A stretch of DNA of 64,000 nt from Hoeflea sp. (lineage in GTDB: Bacteria > Pseudomonadota > Alphaproteobacteria > Rhizobiales > Rhizobiaceae), in contig NZ_JACIYP010000006.1 of the NCBI RefSeq assembly GCF_014359905.1, positions 17,679 to 81,678 of the forward strand, read 5' to 3'. Made by a program: the position numbers and the translations under genes. Below, piece after piece: positions 11,150 to 20,759 of the stretch (its first letter is position 1; every line of letters begins with the position of its first letter). The notes beneath the pieces are model-generated. The model did not search any database and was not told where the DNA came from. It worked only from the letters and a program-made list of their open reading frames with translations.

Positions 11150-11941
11150 TCAGGGATCGACCATCGGCGGCGGGCACGCATAGACAGCACCACCATCCAC
11201 GGCCAAAACCTCCCCGACCACATAATCGCCGGCCCGGCTCGCCAGGTAGACAGCGGCCGCAGCGATGTCTTCCGGACGCCCAACCCGCCCCGCCGGGATG
11301 GCCGAGACATATTCCTCCGCCTTGTCGCGTGCAGCGCGATTCATCTCGGACGGGAAAGCACCGGGGGCTATCGCCGAAGCGACAATATTATCGCTGATAA
11401 GGCGCGAAGCCAGCCGCCGCATGAGATGCAGGATCGCCGCCTTGGAAGCCTGGTAGCTGTAGCTTTCCCAAGGGCTGACCCGCAGCCCGTCAACAGATCC
11501 GATGAACAGGACCTTGGCCGGAAGGTCCGGCCGGGCCGCCTTTTTCAAGGCCGGATGCAATGCCTGCGTCAGGAAAAACGGCGCCTTCAGGTTAATGTCC
11601 AGAACCTTGTCCCAGCCGCTTTCGGGGAATTCGTCGAACGCCGCCCCCCAAGCCGCACCCGCATTGTTGAGCAGGATATCGAGGCTACCCTCGCGCTCCG
11701 CAAAAGCAGCGGCCAACGCCCTCGCGCCTTCGACGGTCGAAATATCGGCAGGCAATGCATGGCAACCGGGCCCCATCTCCTCGGCGGCAGCAATGCACTG
11801 CTCGGCCTTGCGAGAGGAGATATAGACCTTCGCCCCCTGGGCCAGAAATCCTTCCGCCATCATCCTGCCGATACCGCGCGACCCTCCCGTCACCAGAGCC
11901 GTGCGCCCTTCCAGCGAAAATAGCGATGCCACGTCAAGCAT
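11150..11941 (-). CDS. SDR oxidoreductase (RhlG-like)
   Basis: TGGSRGIG, NNAGAAWG, YQASK. Confidence 0.88.
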   Translation of the reverse strand: MLDVASLFSLEGRTALVTGGSRGIGRMMAEGFLAQGAKVYISSRKAEQCIAAAEEMGPGCHALPADISTVEGARALAAAFAEREGSLDILLNNAGAAWGAAFDEFPESGWDKVLDINLKAPFFLTQALHPALKKAARPDLPAKVLFIGSVDGLRVSPWESYSYQASKAAILHLMRRLASRLISDNIVASAIAPGAFPSEMNRAARDKAEEYVSAIPAGRVGRPEDIAAAAVYLASRAGDYVVGEVLAVDGGAVYACPPPMVDP

Positions 11942-12029
11942 GGATGCCCCCGATCAAAACAACACATTTCCTCCCGCGAGGAACTGGCATGTTCATATCG
12001 TGCAGCAGTCAGGTTGACAACATATTTTT

Positions 12030-12041
12030 GGACAGATGTAC
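12030..12041. promoter_or_regulatory. Candidate operator GGAC-N4-GTAC upstream of the SDR-thiolase-etf-coaA genes
   Basis: AT-rich intergenic; matches 15236-15247 in sequence and flanking context. Confidence 0.45.
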
Positions 12042-12051
12042 CATTTATTTT

Positions 12052-13302
12052 TCAGACACATGCACGCCGGATCACGACCGAAAAATCCTCCCTGGCGCCA
12101 GACAGGTCAGCCATGCCAGCCCCGGTCGTGATCGCGCGAATGAGCTTGCCGACGAAGAGTGCCTGGATATCGAGTACAGCGGTTCGATTGATATCGTGGC
12201 CCGCGACCGCCGCCAATCGACGACGCCAGGCGGCATATTGATCACCGAGGAAAGAGGCCAGTACCGGCCGCAGATCCGGATTCTGCGCCCCGCTCATCCA
12301 GACCGAATAATAGCCGATATTTTCCCGCGAAAACTCGAAAACCTCGCGCAGGAAAATTGCAGTCGTCAAATCGACCAAACGCATTTCCGTTATCGCGGCC
12401 GCCGCCGGATCACCAAGCCCCTCTCGATAGCGCGCCTTGGCGCGCTCGAACAACGCTTGTTGAGCCGTCTCCAGCAAACCGTGGATCGTCGGGAAATAGT
12501 AACTCGGACCGCTGCGCACCATGCCGCTCCTGTCGGCAACCGCCCCATAGGAAACCGCCGAAGCACCCTCATCGATCAATATGTCGATCGCGGCCTGAAC
12601 GATCCTTTCCCTGACCTCCTTTGACCGCTCGCTGCTTTCAGCGCCGGTACGCCCCGCCTCCTCGAAAGAACGGGCGGCATCCCTTTCGACATGAGCTGCC
12701 AGCAGTGCCTTCAAATCCGTCCTGCCACTCAGCAATTTCTGAACTTGCGGCCGCGCGAAGGCGAGCGGAAGCAACAGGAAAATATGCCCGATTGCACGAT
12801 CCACCGCGGCGGATACATTCTCCGGGCCTACATCCGAGCCGAGATGGGCGTCGATAGAACGCCAGATCGCGTCCAGTTGCGCAAACCAGTCCTGGGCGAG
12901 CATCCGTCCGGCCTCGCTGCGCCCGCCATACAGTACGATCTCGCACCATGCCAGCGATCTCGTCCTGTCGCGTTCGACCGCATTGAGCACGACCCGCGTC
13001 ACAAGGTCTTCAAGATGCATGAACTCCGGCTGGAGACCACCGGATATCCGGCCCTCAAGCCGCTTGAACGCTTCAAGATACCCGGCAAGCAGCGTACGCG
13101 ACGCCTCGGCCAGGATATCCCCCTTGGTCGCATAGTGATATGTCGTCGACGCGAGGCTGACATTGGCGGCCTTGGCGACCGCGCGATGCGTCAGACCCGC
13201 AACGCCGGATTGCGCAAGCACCGATATTGCACCATCTGCAATGGCCTGCCGGGCCTGAAGCGTCCTGGCTTGCACCGATCGTTGTTGTCCTTGCTTGTCC
13301 AT
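12052..13302 (-). CDS. Tandem (double) TetR-family regulator
   Basis: Two TetR HTHs: LTHRAVAKAANVSLASTTYHY and VSYGAVADRSGMVRSGPSYYF; 416 aa. Confidence 0.85.
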   Translation of the reverse strand: MDKQGQQRSVQARTLQARQAIADGAISVLAQSGVAGLTHRAVAKAANVSLASTTYHYATKGDILAEASRTLLAGYLEAFKRLEGRISGGLQPEFMHLEDLVTRVVLNAVERDRTRSLAWCEIVLYGGRSEAGRMLAQDWFAQLDAIWRSIDAHLGSDVGPENVSAAVDRAIGHIFLLLPLAFARPQVQKLLSGRTDLKALLAAHVERDAARSFEEAGRTGAESSERSKEVRERIVQAAIDILIDEGASAVSYGAVADRSGMVRSGPSYYFPTIHGLLETAQQALFERAKARYREGLGDPAAAAITEMRLVDLTTAIFLREVFEFSRENIGYYSVWMSGAQNPDLRPVLASFLGDQYAAWRRRLAAVAGHDINRTAVLDIQALFVGKLIRAITTGAGMADLSGAREDFSVVIRRACV

Positions 13303-13368
13303 TTTCCGGCAGCCAGCCCTCCCAAACCGGCACTATCGTAGACGTCCGGCTCGCTTCAACAAATCCGC

Positions 13369-15165
13369 TTAACCACCGAAAACCGTTTCGGATGCGTCCA
13401 GGCAGGTCGTATCCAATGATGCGCAAACCGAGAACCGTGTCCGCGCGAGGGGAAGTTCGTAGCGATAGAAGTAGCGGCAGGCAACGATCTTGCCGTCATA
13501 GAAGTCACATTCGGCATCCGACAGGCTGCCCGCGGAAACACGCTTGGCCGCGACCAACGCCTGGCGCAACCACATCCACGCGACGACTACATGCCCGAAA
13601 GCATCGAGATAGAGAGTCGCATTGGCCAGCCGACGAGCCGGATCGGCGCAATCGAGCAAAATCCCGGTCGTTTCGACCAAATCGGCCAGGCAGACATCGA
13701 GCTGTGCTGCCTCTTCGCGAAGCCGGTCCTGTTCCAGGGCCTGCGAAATGGTTTCGCGCATGACATCGACAAAACGCCGAAGCGTACTGCCGTCGTCGCC
13801 TCCGACCTTTCGGCCCAGCATGTCCAGCCCCTGAATGCCGAAGGTGCCTTCGTGAATATGGTTCAGCCTGTTGTCGCGATACAGCCGCTCGACGGGGTAG
13901 TCGCGCGTATAACCGTAGCCACCGAGGACCTGAATCGCCCATTTGTTGGCCTCCAGACAATGCTCCGAAGGCCAAGACTTCACAATTGGCGTCAGAAGAC
14001 CGAGCAGTCTTTCCAGCCACTTCTTCCTTTCCGGGTCCTCCACGGTCGCCAGTTCGTCGACCAGCGTCGCGCAATACAGGCACAACGCCTGCGCCCCCTC
14101 GACGGCGGCCTTTTGCGCCATCAGCATCCGCCGGACATCGGTGTGTTGGATGATCGGCACCTGCGGACTGTACGGATCCTTCCGGTCCGCGAACCGCCCT
14201 TGCAGGCGCGTCCTAGCGTAATCGGCCGAATAGAGGTATCCGCCAAGCGCCGACATCACCGACGCATGCCCGACGCCGATGCGCGCCTCGTTCATCATGT
14301 GGAACATATATTCGATACCGCGATGCGGCTCGCCGATAAGATAGCCGAGGCAATCCCCGTTCTCGCCGAAATTCAGGAGGCAATTGGTGATCCCGCGCTG
14401 CCCCATCTTGTGATTGAGGCCGGCCAGGGCGATATCGTTGCCGCAGCCGATGGCCCCATCCTCGTCCACGCGGCGCTTCGGGACGAGAAACAGGGAAATG
14501 CCCTTGGTGCCCGCGGGTCCGCCCGGGATTTTAGCCAGGACCATGTGGACAATGTTATCCGAGATTTCGTGCTCGCCGCCTGAAATCCACATCTTGTTCC
14601 CGCGAATGCGGTAAAGGCCGTCTTCGCCCGGTGTCGCAGTCGTGCGGATATCGGCAAGCGAGGATCCCGCCTGGGGTTCCGACAGGCACATCGTCCCGAA
14701 CCAGCGCCCCTCGAGCATCGGCGGCAGAAATCGGTTTTTCAGTTCTTCCGATCCAAAGGCACAGAGCAGGTTGGCGGCGGCGATCGTCAGAAAGGCATAA
14801 TTTGTCACAGCCGTGTTGGCACAGCTGAACATGCCGCTGACGGCAGTATGCAGCACCCACGGAGCTTGCAGGCCGCCGGCCGCCTCGGCAAAGGGCAACG
14901 AAAAGAAGCCCGCATCGGCATAGGCCGCGAGTGCGACGGCGGAACTCTCCGGCAGCACGACGCGGCCGTCGATGAAGCGCGGCTCGTCCGCATCCACTTC
15001 CGCCGCTATGGGCAGGAACTGCTCTTCGGCGATTTGCTGCGCCGTATCCAGAATCTGCGATATGGCCCCCCGCTCATAGGCTGCATATCGCGGGGTCTTC
15101 GAAATCCGCTCCACATCGAGCAATTCGAACAGGATGAAGTCGAGTTCACGGCGATCCACGATCAT
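13369..15165 (-). CDS. Long (~600 aa) acyl-CoA dehydrogenase
   Basis: GTMCLSEPQAGS, GNKMWISGG, MFHMMNEAR, IHEGT. Confidence 0.93.
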   Translation of the reverse strand: MIVDRRELDFILFELLDVERISKTPRYAAYERGAISQILDTAQQIAEEQFLPIAAEVDADEPRFIDGRVVLPESSAVALAAYADAGFFSLPFAEAAGGLQAPWVLHTAVSGMFSCANTAVTNYAFLTIAAANLLCAFGSEELKNRFLPPMLEGRWFGTMCLSEPQAGSSLADIRTTATPGEDGLYRIRGNKMWISGGEHEISDNIVHMVLAKIPGGPAGTKGISLFLVPKRRVDEDGAIGCGNDIALAGLNHKMGQRGITNCLLNFGENGDCLGYLIGEPHRGIEYMFHMMNEARIGVGHASVMSALGGYLYSADYARTRLQGRFADRKDPYSPQVPIIQHTDVRRMLMAQKAAVEGAQALCLYCATLVDELATVEDPERKKWLERLLGLLTPIVKSWPSEHCLEANKWAIQVLGGYGYTRDYPVERLYRDNRLNHIHEGTFGIQGLDMLGRKVGGDDGSTLRRFVDVMRETISQALEQDRLREEAAQLDVCLADLVETTGILLDCADPARRLANATLYLDAFGHVVVAWMWLRQALVAAKRVSAGSLSDAECDFYDGKIVACRYFYRYELPLARTRFSVCASLDTTCLDASETVFGG

Positions 15166-15235
15166 TGATTGACACGCTCCGGTTTTATCTCGGCGGGAAA
15201 GATAGGTCCTGCGTTGCAATATGTCGACATAATTT

Positions 15236-15247
15236 GTACGATTGTAC
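15236..15247. promoter_or_regulatory. Candidate operator GTAC-N4-GTAC upstream of ACAD/tandem TetR
   Basis: Palindromic GTACGATTGTAC in AT-rich intergenic DNA. Confidence 0.5.
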
Positions 15248-15471
15248 TTTTTAATGATGGACGTGCAGCCAACAGCGAGGTCACGTCATGCAGACCACGC
15301 AACGATGCACAGGCAGCCGCGGCGGCAGGAGACGCGAAAGGACCGCGCGCCCAGGCACCGACCGATCGGCAAAGAGTGTGTGACTGGCACCGGACTGAAG
15401 AGATCGCCCGATAATTTCCGACGAAAAGAACGGCGGCCACAGCCGCCGTTCCGCGCGACATCGCCAGCGGG

Positions 15472-16995
15472 TTATTCGGCCCGCTCGAAGCGTTCCCGCA
15501 GTTCTCGCTTCAACGTCTTGCCGGAGGGATTCTTCGGTAGCGCATCGACGATCTCGATACGCTTCGGCACCTTATAGCCGCCTAGATGCTCCCGACAATA
15601 TGTCATCATTTCCGCAGTCGTGACCTGTACATCAGACTTAGACACCATTGCAGCCACCAGCGCCTCGCCCCATAATGGATCGGAAATCCCGAGCACCGCG
15701 ACTTCGCTGACCGCCGGATGATGGCTGATCACATCCTCGATCTCGCGAGGGTAGATGTTTATGCCGCCGCTGATGACCATGTCTTTCTTGCGATCGACCA
15801 CATAAATGAAGCCTTGTTCATCACGGCGACCGAGATCTCCGGTGTGGAGCCAACCGTCGACAATAGTTTCCGCTGTCTCGTCAGGCATCTGCCAATAGCC
15901 AACCATCACATTGTCGCCGCGAGCGATAATCTCGCCGATCTCGTCCGGCGCAGTGTCGCTACCCTGTGTGTCGACGACGCGGAGGTCGACACCAAGGAGC
16001 CCCTTACCGATGGAGCCGGCCGCCCGTTCGTGGTCCTCCGCCGTCAGCACTGAGAAGTGGGATGTCGATTCCGTCAATCCATAGGATTGATATAGCCGGT
16101 TGCCAAACTGCCGCAGTGCCTGTTGCAGACGCCTTCCGGTGATTGGCGCTGCCCCATAGGCAATTCGTTCAATCGAGGAAAGATCGAAGGATTCGAAGTC
16201 CGGTAAATCCATCATCTGGTAGAGCATTGTTGGAACAGCGAAGAAGAATGTCACGTTCTCCGTATCGATCAGTTGCAGTGCCTTACGGGGATCGAAATGC
16301 CGCTCAAGGATCGTCGTCCCGCCATAAGTCAGATGCATCGTACTGTGGGACATGGCAGCGTGATACATGGGACTCATCTGCAGATTGACGCTTTCGCGCC
16401 TTGGCAGGAACACTGATGCGACATGCTCAATATCACTGATATAGTTACCGTGACTAAGGACGACACCCTTGGGCTTGGATGTCGTCCCACTGGTATAGAG
16501 CAGCGCCGCCACCGAAGAACGATCGATTCCACCGGGGTTCGGCATGTCAGCAGGAACATCGGACCATTCAAAGAAGTTCGCGCATCCCGGCAATTCTCCA
16601 TCGGTCACAATGATCTGCTCTAGCGACGCCACGTCCCTGCGCGCGCTACTGATCGTTGCGTCATACTTAGCGGCGGCAATGATAACTTTGGGTTGCGCAT
16701 CCTGAAGCAGCACACTGTGCTCGGTAGGATGCAGACGCCAATTGAGCGGCGCGAAAATCCCGCCACTGCCGGTTATGGCGTAATAGCACTCAAGGAATTC
16801 GGGCACGTTTTCCATCAGGACAGCGACACGGTCGCCGGGCCGAACGCCCGCATCATGCAGAGCGCGCCCCACAGATGCGACACGGTCCCGAAACGCGGCA
16901 TGAGTGACGCGCCTGTCGCCGGCGATGATCGCAAGTCGTTCATCTTCGATATGTGGATTGTTGAAGATCACATCACGCAATGTCTTGAATGTCAC
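15472..16995 (-). CDS. AMP-forming acyl-CoA synthetase
   Basis: YTSGTTSKPKG, YGLTE, GWLHTGD, LPKNPSGK. Confidence 0.93.
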   Translation of the reverse strand: MTFKTLRDVIFNNPHIEDERLAIIAGDRRVTHAAFRDRVASVGRALHDAGVRPGDRVAVLMENVPEFLECYYAITGSGGIFAPLNWRLHPTEHSVLLQDAQPKVIIAAAKYDATISSARRDVASLEQIIVTDGELPGCANFFEWSDVPADMPNPGGIDRSSVAALLYTSGTTSKPKGVVLSHGNYISDIEHVASVFLPRRESVNLQMSPMYHAAMSHSTMHLTYGGTTILERHFDPRKALQLIDTENVTFFFAVPTMLYQMMDLPDFESFDLSSIERIAYGAAPITGRRLQQALRQFGNRLYQSYGLTESTSHFSVLTAEDHERAAGSIGKGLLGVDLRVVDTQGSDTAPDEIGEIIARGDNVMVGYWQMPDETAETIVDGWLHTGDLGRRDEQGFIYVVDRKKDMVISGGINIYPREIEDVISHHPAVSEVAVLGISDPLWGEALVAAMVSKSDVQVTTAEMMTYCREHLGGYKVPKRIEIVDALPKNPSGKTLKRELRERFERAE

Positions 16996-17024
16996 TGGAA
17001 CTGCTTCCCGTATGCCGTAGGTTT

Positions 17025-18197
17025 TTAGGCGCTGCCATACTGTTTTAGTATTTCGCGAGCGATGATGATCTTCTGGATTTCGGTCGTCCCGGCGCCGATT
17101 TCGTGGTGTTTCGCGTCTCGGTAGTAACGCGCGACGGGATACTCTTCCATATAGCCATTGCCACCAAAAATCTGGATGGCGTCGGACGATGCCTGCACTG
17201 CCATCCTTGATGAATAGAGCTTAAGCATTGCCGCTTCGCACGTGACAACCTCTTCGCGCTCAACCGCTCGCATCAGACGGTAAAGCATCGTCCGGGAGAG
17301 TTCGATTCCCGTAGCCATTTCGGCGATCTTTTCCTGGATGAGCTGATACTGAGAAATGCGCTTGCCGAAAACGACACGCTCCTGCGCGTATTTTGCGGCG
17401 GCGTCCAGACAAGCCTGGGCGATCCCGATATTGGATGCGCCTTCCAGCACGCGCTCGACATCGAGCGACTCCATCAGGTAGTAGAACCCCCTGTTCACCT
17501 CGCCGAGAATATTTTCTGCGGGAACCCTGACATTGTCGATGAAGACCTCGCCGGTGGGCGAACTTTTCATGCCAAGTTTTTCGAATGGCTTGCTTGTCGA
17601 CAAGCCGTCAACACCACGCTCCAGAATGAACCACGTTCCGCCGTTAATTTCGCGATCCTTGCCGTCGGTGCGCGCAATAACGAGAATGAAGTCCGCTACA
17701 GGGGAATTGGTGATGAAAATCTTGTGGCCATTAACGATGTAATCGTCGCCATCGCGCCGCGCTTGGCTGCGCGCGCTCAGAGCGTCCGAACCTCCCTTCG
17801 GTTCAGTAATCGCCATGGAGCCGATCTTTTCGCCGCGAAGAACCGGCTCAAGATATTTCTGCTTCTGCTCTTCGGTTCCGTGACGCGCTATCGCTCGGGC
17901 GAAGAGCACGATGTCGGCAAAAATCGAGATATCGAGTCCGGCATTGATACGCGCCATCTCTTCGCTGACGATCGCCCGGCTGGTGATCGTGAAACCGCCC
18001 CCTCCGTATTTTTCCGGGAAAAACGTTCCCAACAATCCAAGCCGCCCCATTTCGCGCATTAGCTCCATGGACAGCATGCCAGTTGCTTCCATTTCCGGCG
18101 TGGCCGCCGCCACTTCATTCTCCATGAAGCGCCGCGCCATCCGCTGAAGCTCGATTTCATCATCAGTTAGGTAGCTTTTCGCTCCGAGGGAATGCAC
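17025..18197 (-). CDS. Acyl-CoA dehydrogenase (IVD-like)
   Basis: AITEPKGGSD, LDVER, FGGNGY, EIGAGT. Confidence 0.93.
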   Translation of the reverse strand: MHSLGAKSYLTDDEIELQRMARRFMENEVAAATPEMEATGMLSMELMREMGRLGLLGTFFPEKYGGGGFTITSRAIVSEEMARINAGLDISIFADIVLFARAIARHGTEEQKQKYLEPVLRGEKIGSMAITEPKGGSDALSARSQARRDGDDYIVNGHKIFITNSPVADFILVIARTDGKDREINGGTWFILERGVDGLSTSKPFEKLGMKSSPTGEVFIDNVRVPAENILGEVNRGFYYLMESLDVERVLEGASNIGIAQACLDAAAKYAQERVVFGKRISQYQLIQEKIAEMATGIELSRTMLYRLMRAVEREEVVTCEAAMLKLYSSRMAVQASSDAIQIFGGNGYMEEYPVARYYRDAKHHEIGAGTTEIQKIIIAREILKQYGSA

Positions 18198-18228
18198 CTG
18201 CAGTCTCCGATCTTGGCTGAGTTGATTT

Positions 18229-19017
18229 TCAGGAAATCGCGAAAAGATTACGCAGCCGTTCCACGTCTTTTTCTTCCATCCGGGTGCCGAATCCAGCCCG
18301 GCTGTATTCCGGTATTGCGAGCTTCTGCGTCAGATCGGCCCGCATTTCCGTGCACTTGAGGCCGACGCTCAGGCAATCGAATATCGGCACCGCACTGCCA
18401 TGCAGCCGGGAAAGGCCGGCTGTCGAAGCGATCACGCTTAGGCCCGCGCTGCCGATCACGATGGCGGTGGCGCCGTCATCCACCAACCGCGCCGCGACGC
18501 GCTCGATTTCTTCGGCGACCTCGCCGGGATTGAGGAAACCGCTGGTGAACGCTTCCTTGGACGGAATACTGATACGCCCGACACCGGACAGGCGATCGCG
18601 CAGCCCGGCCGCGCCGACCATCATGTCGCAATATTCGGCCCAGGAGCGATCCTCGACGGTCACGATTCCAATCTTGTAACCATAGGTGCAGGCGAGATGC
18701 AGCGACGCCTCCATCGGCCCAACGATCGGTATGCCGGCAATGCTGCGCGCCTCCGCGACGCCCGGATCGCCGGAACAAGCCACCATCGCCGCGTCGAAAC
18801 CATCGCGGTCCGCCTCGATAAAACGCTCGACGACATCGACCCTGTTGAGCAGGGTCGGATAAGCGAAGACGGTATCCGTCGCCCGCTTCAAATGCCCGAC
18901 ATAGCGGTGAACGAGTTCGGTGTCGTCGCGCTTGATCCGGCTGAAATTCCGGTCGATCAAAGCCGTATACGGGCCCGAGACCTCTTCGCAATTTACGTGA
19001 ACCACACAAATCTTCAT
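18229..19017 (-). CDS. Asp/Glu/hydantoin racemase superfamily protein (one catalytic Cys)
   Basis: VACSGDPG, IPIVGPMEA, IVIGSAGL, VPIFD. Confidence 0.82.
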   Translation of the reverse strand: MKICVVHVNCEEVSGPYTALIDRNFSRIKRDDTELVHRYVGHLKRATDTVFAYPTLLNRVDVVERFIEADRDGFDAAMVACSGDPGVAEARSIAGIPIVGPMEASLHLACTYGYKIGIVTVEDRSWAEYCDMMVGAAGLRDRLSGVGRISIPSKEAFTSGFLNPGEVAEEIERVAARLVDDGATAIVIGSAGLSVIASTAGLSRLHGSAVPIFDCLSVGLKCTEMRADLTQKLAIPEYSRAGFGTRMEEKDVERLRNLFAIS

Positions 19018-19049
19018 TGCGGCCTGTCCTTCTTTTCTAAAACTCGTGC

Positions 19050-19856
19050 TCAAGCGCCCCGGAAGTCGGGAGTTCTTTTTTCGAGGAATGCGGCAACGCC
19101 CTCGGCGACGTCTTCGGACCGGAACAATCCTCCGAACAGGCCAGCCTCCAGCTTGAGCGCGTCGGCCAGGGCCATTTGCGTGCCAAGATTGACAGACCGC
19201 TTGGCCGCCGCGACCGCCAGCGGCGCATTGGCATTAATCCGCTGCGCGAGATCGAGCGCCGCATCGAGAACTCCGCCGGCAGGCGTCACTTCATCGACAA
19301 GTCCGATCGCCTGCGCCTTGGCCGCATCGATCCGCTCACCGCTGAACAGCATGCGCTTCGCCATGCCGGTGCTTACCAGGCGCGGCAGGTACTGGGTTCC
19401 GCCAGCACCGGGAATGATCCCCAGCGTGACCTCGGGCAGGCCGAATATGGCCCGCTCGTCGGCAATTCGAATGTCGCAAGCCATCATCAGTTCGCAACCG
19501 CCACCGAGGGCCGCGCCATTGACCGCCGCAATGACCGGCACGGACAATTGCTGCAAGGCGTTCTGCATGTGCTGTATGCCGAGCGCATAGGTTTCCGCCG
19601 TGGAACAGTCGAGGGTCCGGAAATGAGCGATGTCGCCGCCGGCGACAAAGCATTTCCCTTCCCCGGTCAGCACAAGCGACCGCACCGACTGGTCGCCGGC
19701 AACAGCGGTTTCGATTACCGCGTGGATTTCCTCCGCTACCGCGGGATGCAGCGCATTAACAGGTGGATTGGCGATCGTGACGATCACCGTCGCATCCGAT
19801 CGTTCAACTCTTACTCGCCCGCTCTCCAACACTGCCTCCAATTCCCAGATTCGCAT
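19050..19856 (-). CDS. Enoyl-CoA hydratase/isomerase
   Basis: FVAGGDI, ALGGGCEL, GLPEVTLGIIPGAGGT. Confidence 0.93.
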   Translation of the reverse strand: MRIWELEAVLESGRVRVERSDATVIVTIANPPVNALHPAVAEEIHAVIETAVAGDQSVRSLVLTGEGKCFVAGGDIAHFRTLDCSTAETYALGIQHMQNALQQLSVPVIAAVNGAALGGGCELMMACDIRIADERAIFGLPEVTLGIIPGAGGTQYLPRLVSTGMAKRMLFSGERIDAAKAQAIGLVDEVTPAGGVLDAALDLAQRINANAPLAVAAAKRSVNLGTQMALADALKLEAGLFGGLFRSEDVAEGVAAFLEKRTPDFRGA

Positions 19857-19862
19857 TATTGA

Positions 19863-19876
19863 AACGAACGACCGTT
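19863..19876. promoter_or_regulatory. Candidate TetR operator AACGAACGACCGTT in divergent ECH/SDR promoter
   Basis: 12/14 match to palindrome AACGAACGTTCGTT; related sites at 25274 and 37359. Confidence 0.5.
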
Positions 19877-19978
19877 ATTATCTTGATTTCCTTGTCGCTG
19901 TCAAGCACATTTGCGTGCATGCCGCGTTCGAACACCGAAACGGTTCCTTGCAAACATCCATCACGCCGGAGGCCAGAC

Positions 19979-20722
19979 ATGGAAAACATAGGGAAAATCG
20001 CGCTCGTCACGGGGGGAGCCGGAGGCATCGGCACGGCGACCTGCCGCAAGCTGGCGAGCGACGGCAATCACGTTGTGGTCGCCGATCTCGATCTCGCGGC
20101 GGCGCAACGAACGGCGCAGGCAATGGCCGATGACGGCCTATCCGCCGAGGGTGCGCAACTCGACGTGACCGACCGCGCCGCATGTGAAGACCTGATCGTC
20201 GCCACCATAAGCCGGCTCGGCTCCCTGGACATTTTGGTCAACATGGCCGGCGTCGTCCGCAACGACTTGCTGGTCAAGGTAAAGGACGAGGATTTCAACC
20301 TGACCATCGCCTCGCATGTCGGCGGCACATTGAATTGCATGCGCGGCGCCATCCCGGGCATGCGCGACCGTAACTACGGCCGCATCGTCAACATGAGCTC
20401 CGTCGCCGCCCTCGGCTCCATCGGCGGCACGGCCTACGGCGCCGCCAAGGCCGCAATCGAAGCGATGTCAAAATCCGCTGCGCTTGAGACCGCCAACCGC
20501 GGCCTCACGGTCAACTGCATCGCGCCCGGCCTCATCGACGCCGGAATGTTTCGCACCGTCCAGCAGGAATTCCAGGACGAGGGCATCGCCAAAACGCCGA
20601 TGAAACGCCCCGGCACCCCGGACGAGATCGCGGCCTGCATCGCGTTTTTGGCCTCGCCTGCCGCCAGCTTCGTAACCGGTCAGACGCTGCATGCTTGCGG
20701 CGGGCTCAGCGTCGGCTTCTGA
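19979..20722 (+). CDS. SDR oxidoreductase (FabG-like)
   Basis: TGGAGGIG, YGAAK, VTGQTL; GGAGG RBS. Confidence 0.9.
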   Translation: MENIGKIALVTGGAGGIGTATCRKLASDGNHVVVADLDLAAAQRTAQAMADDGLSAEGAQLDVTDRAACEDLIVATISRLGSLDILVNMAGVVRNDLLVKVKDEDFNLTIASHVGGTLNCMRGAIPGMRDRNYGRIVNMSSVAALGSIGGTAYGAAKAAIEAMSKSAALETANRGLTVNCIAPGLIDAGMFRTVQQEFQDEGIAKTPMKRPGTPDEIAACIAFLASPAASFVTGQTLHACGGLSVGF

Positions 20723-20759
20723 GCGACCCTGGAGGTCGGGTGTCAGAGCCGCCGGAATC

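Noticed and set aside
5577-14583. Long plus-strand ORFs (e.g. 8419-10224, 5577-6797, 13591-14583)
   Set aside because: Antisense shadows of well-supported high-GC minus-strand genes; no motifs.
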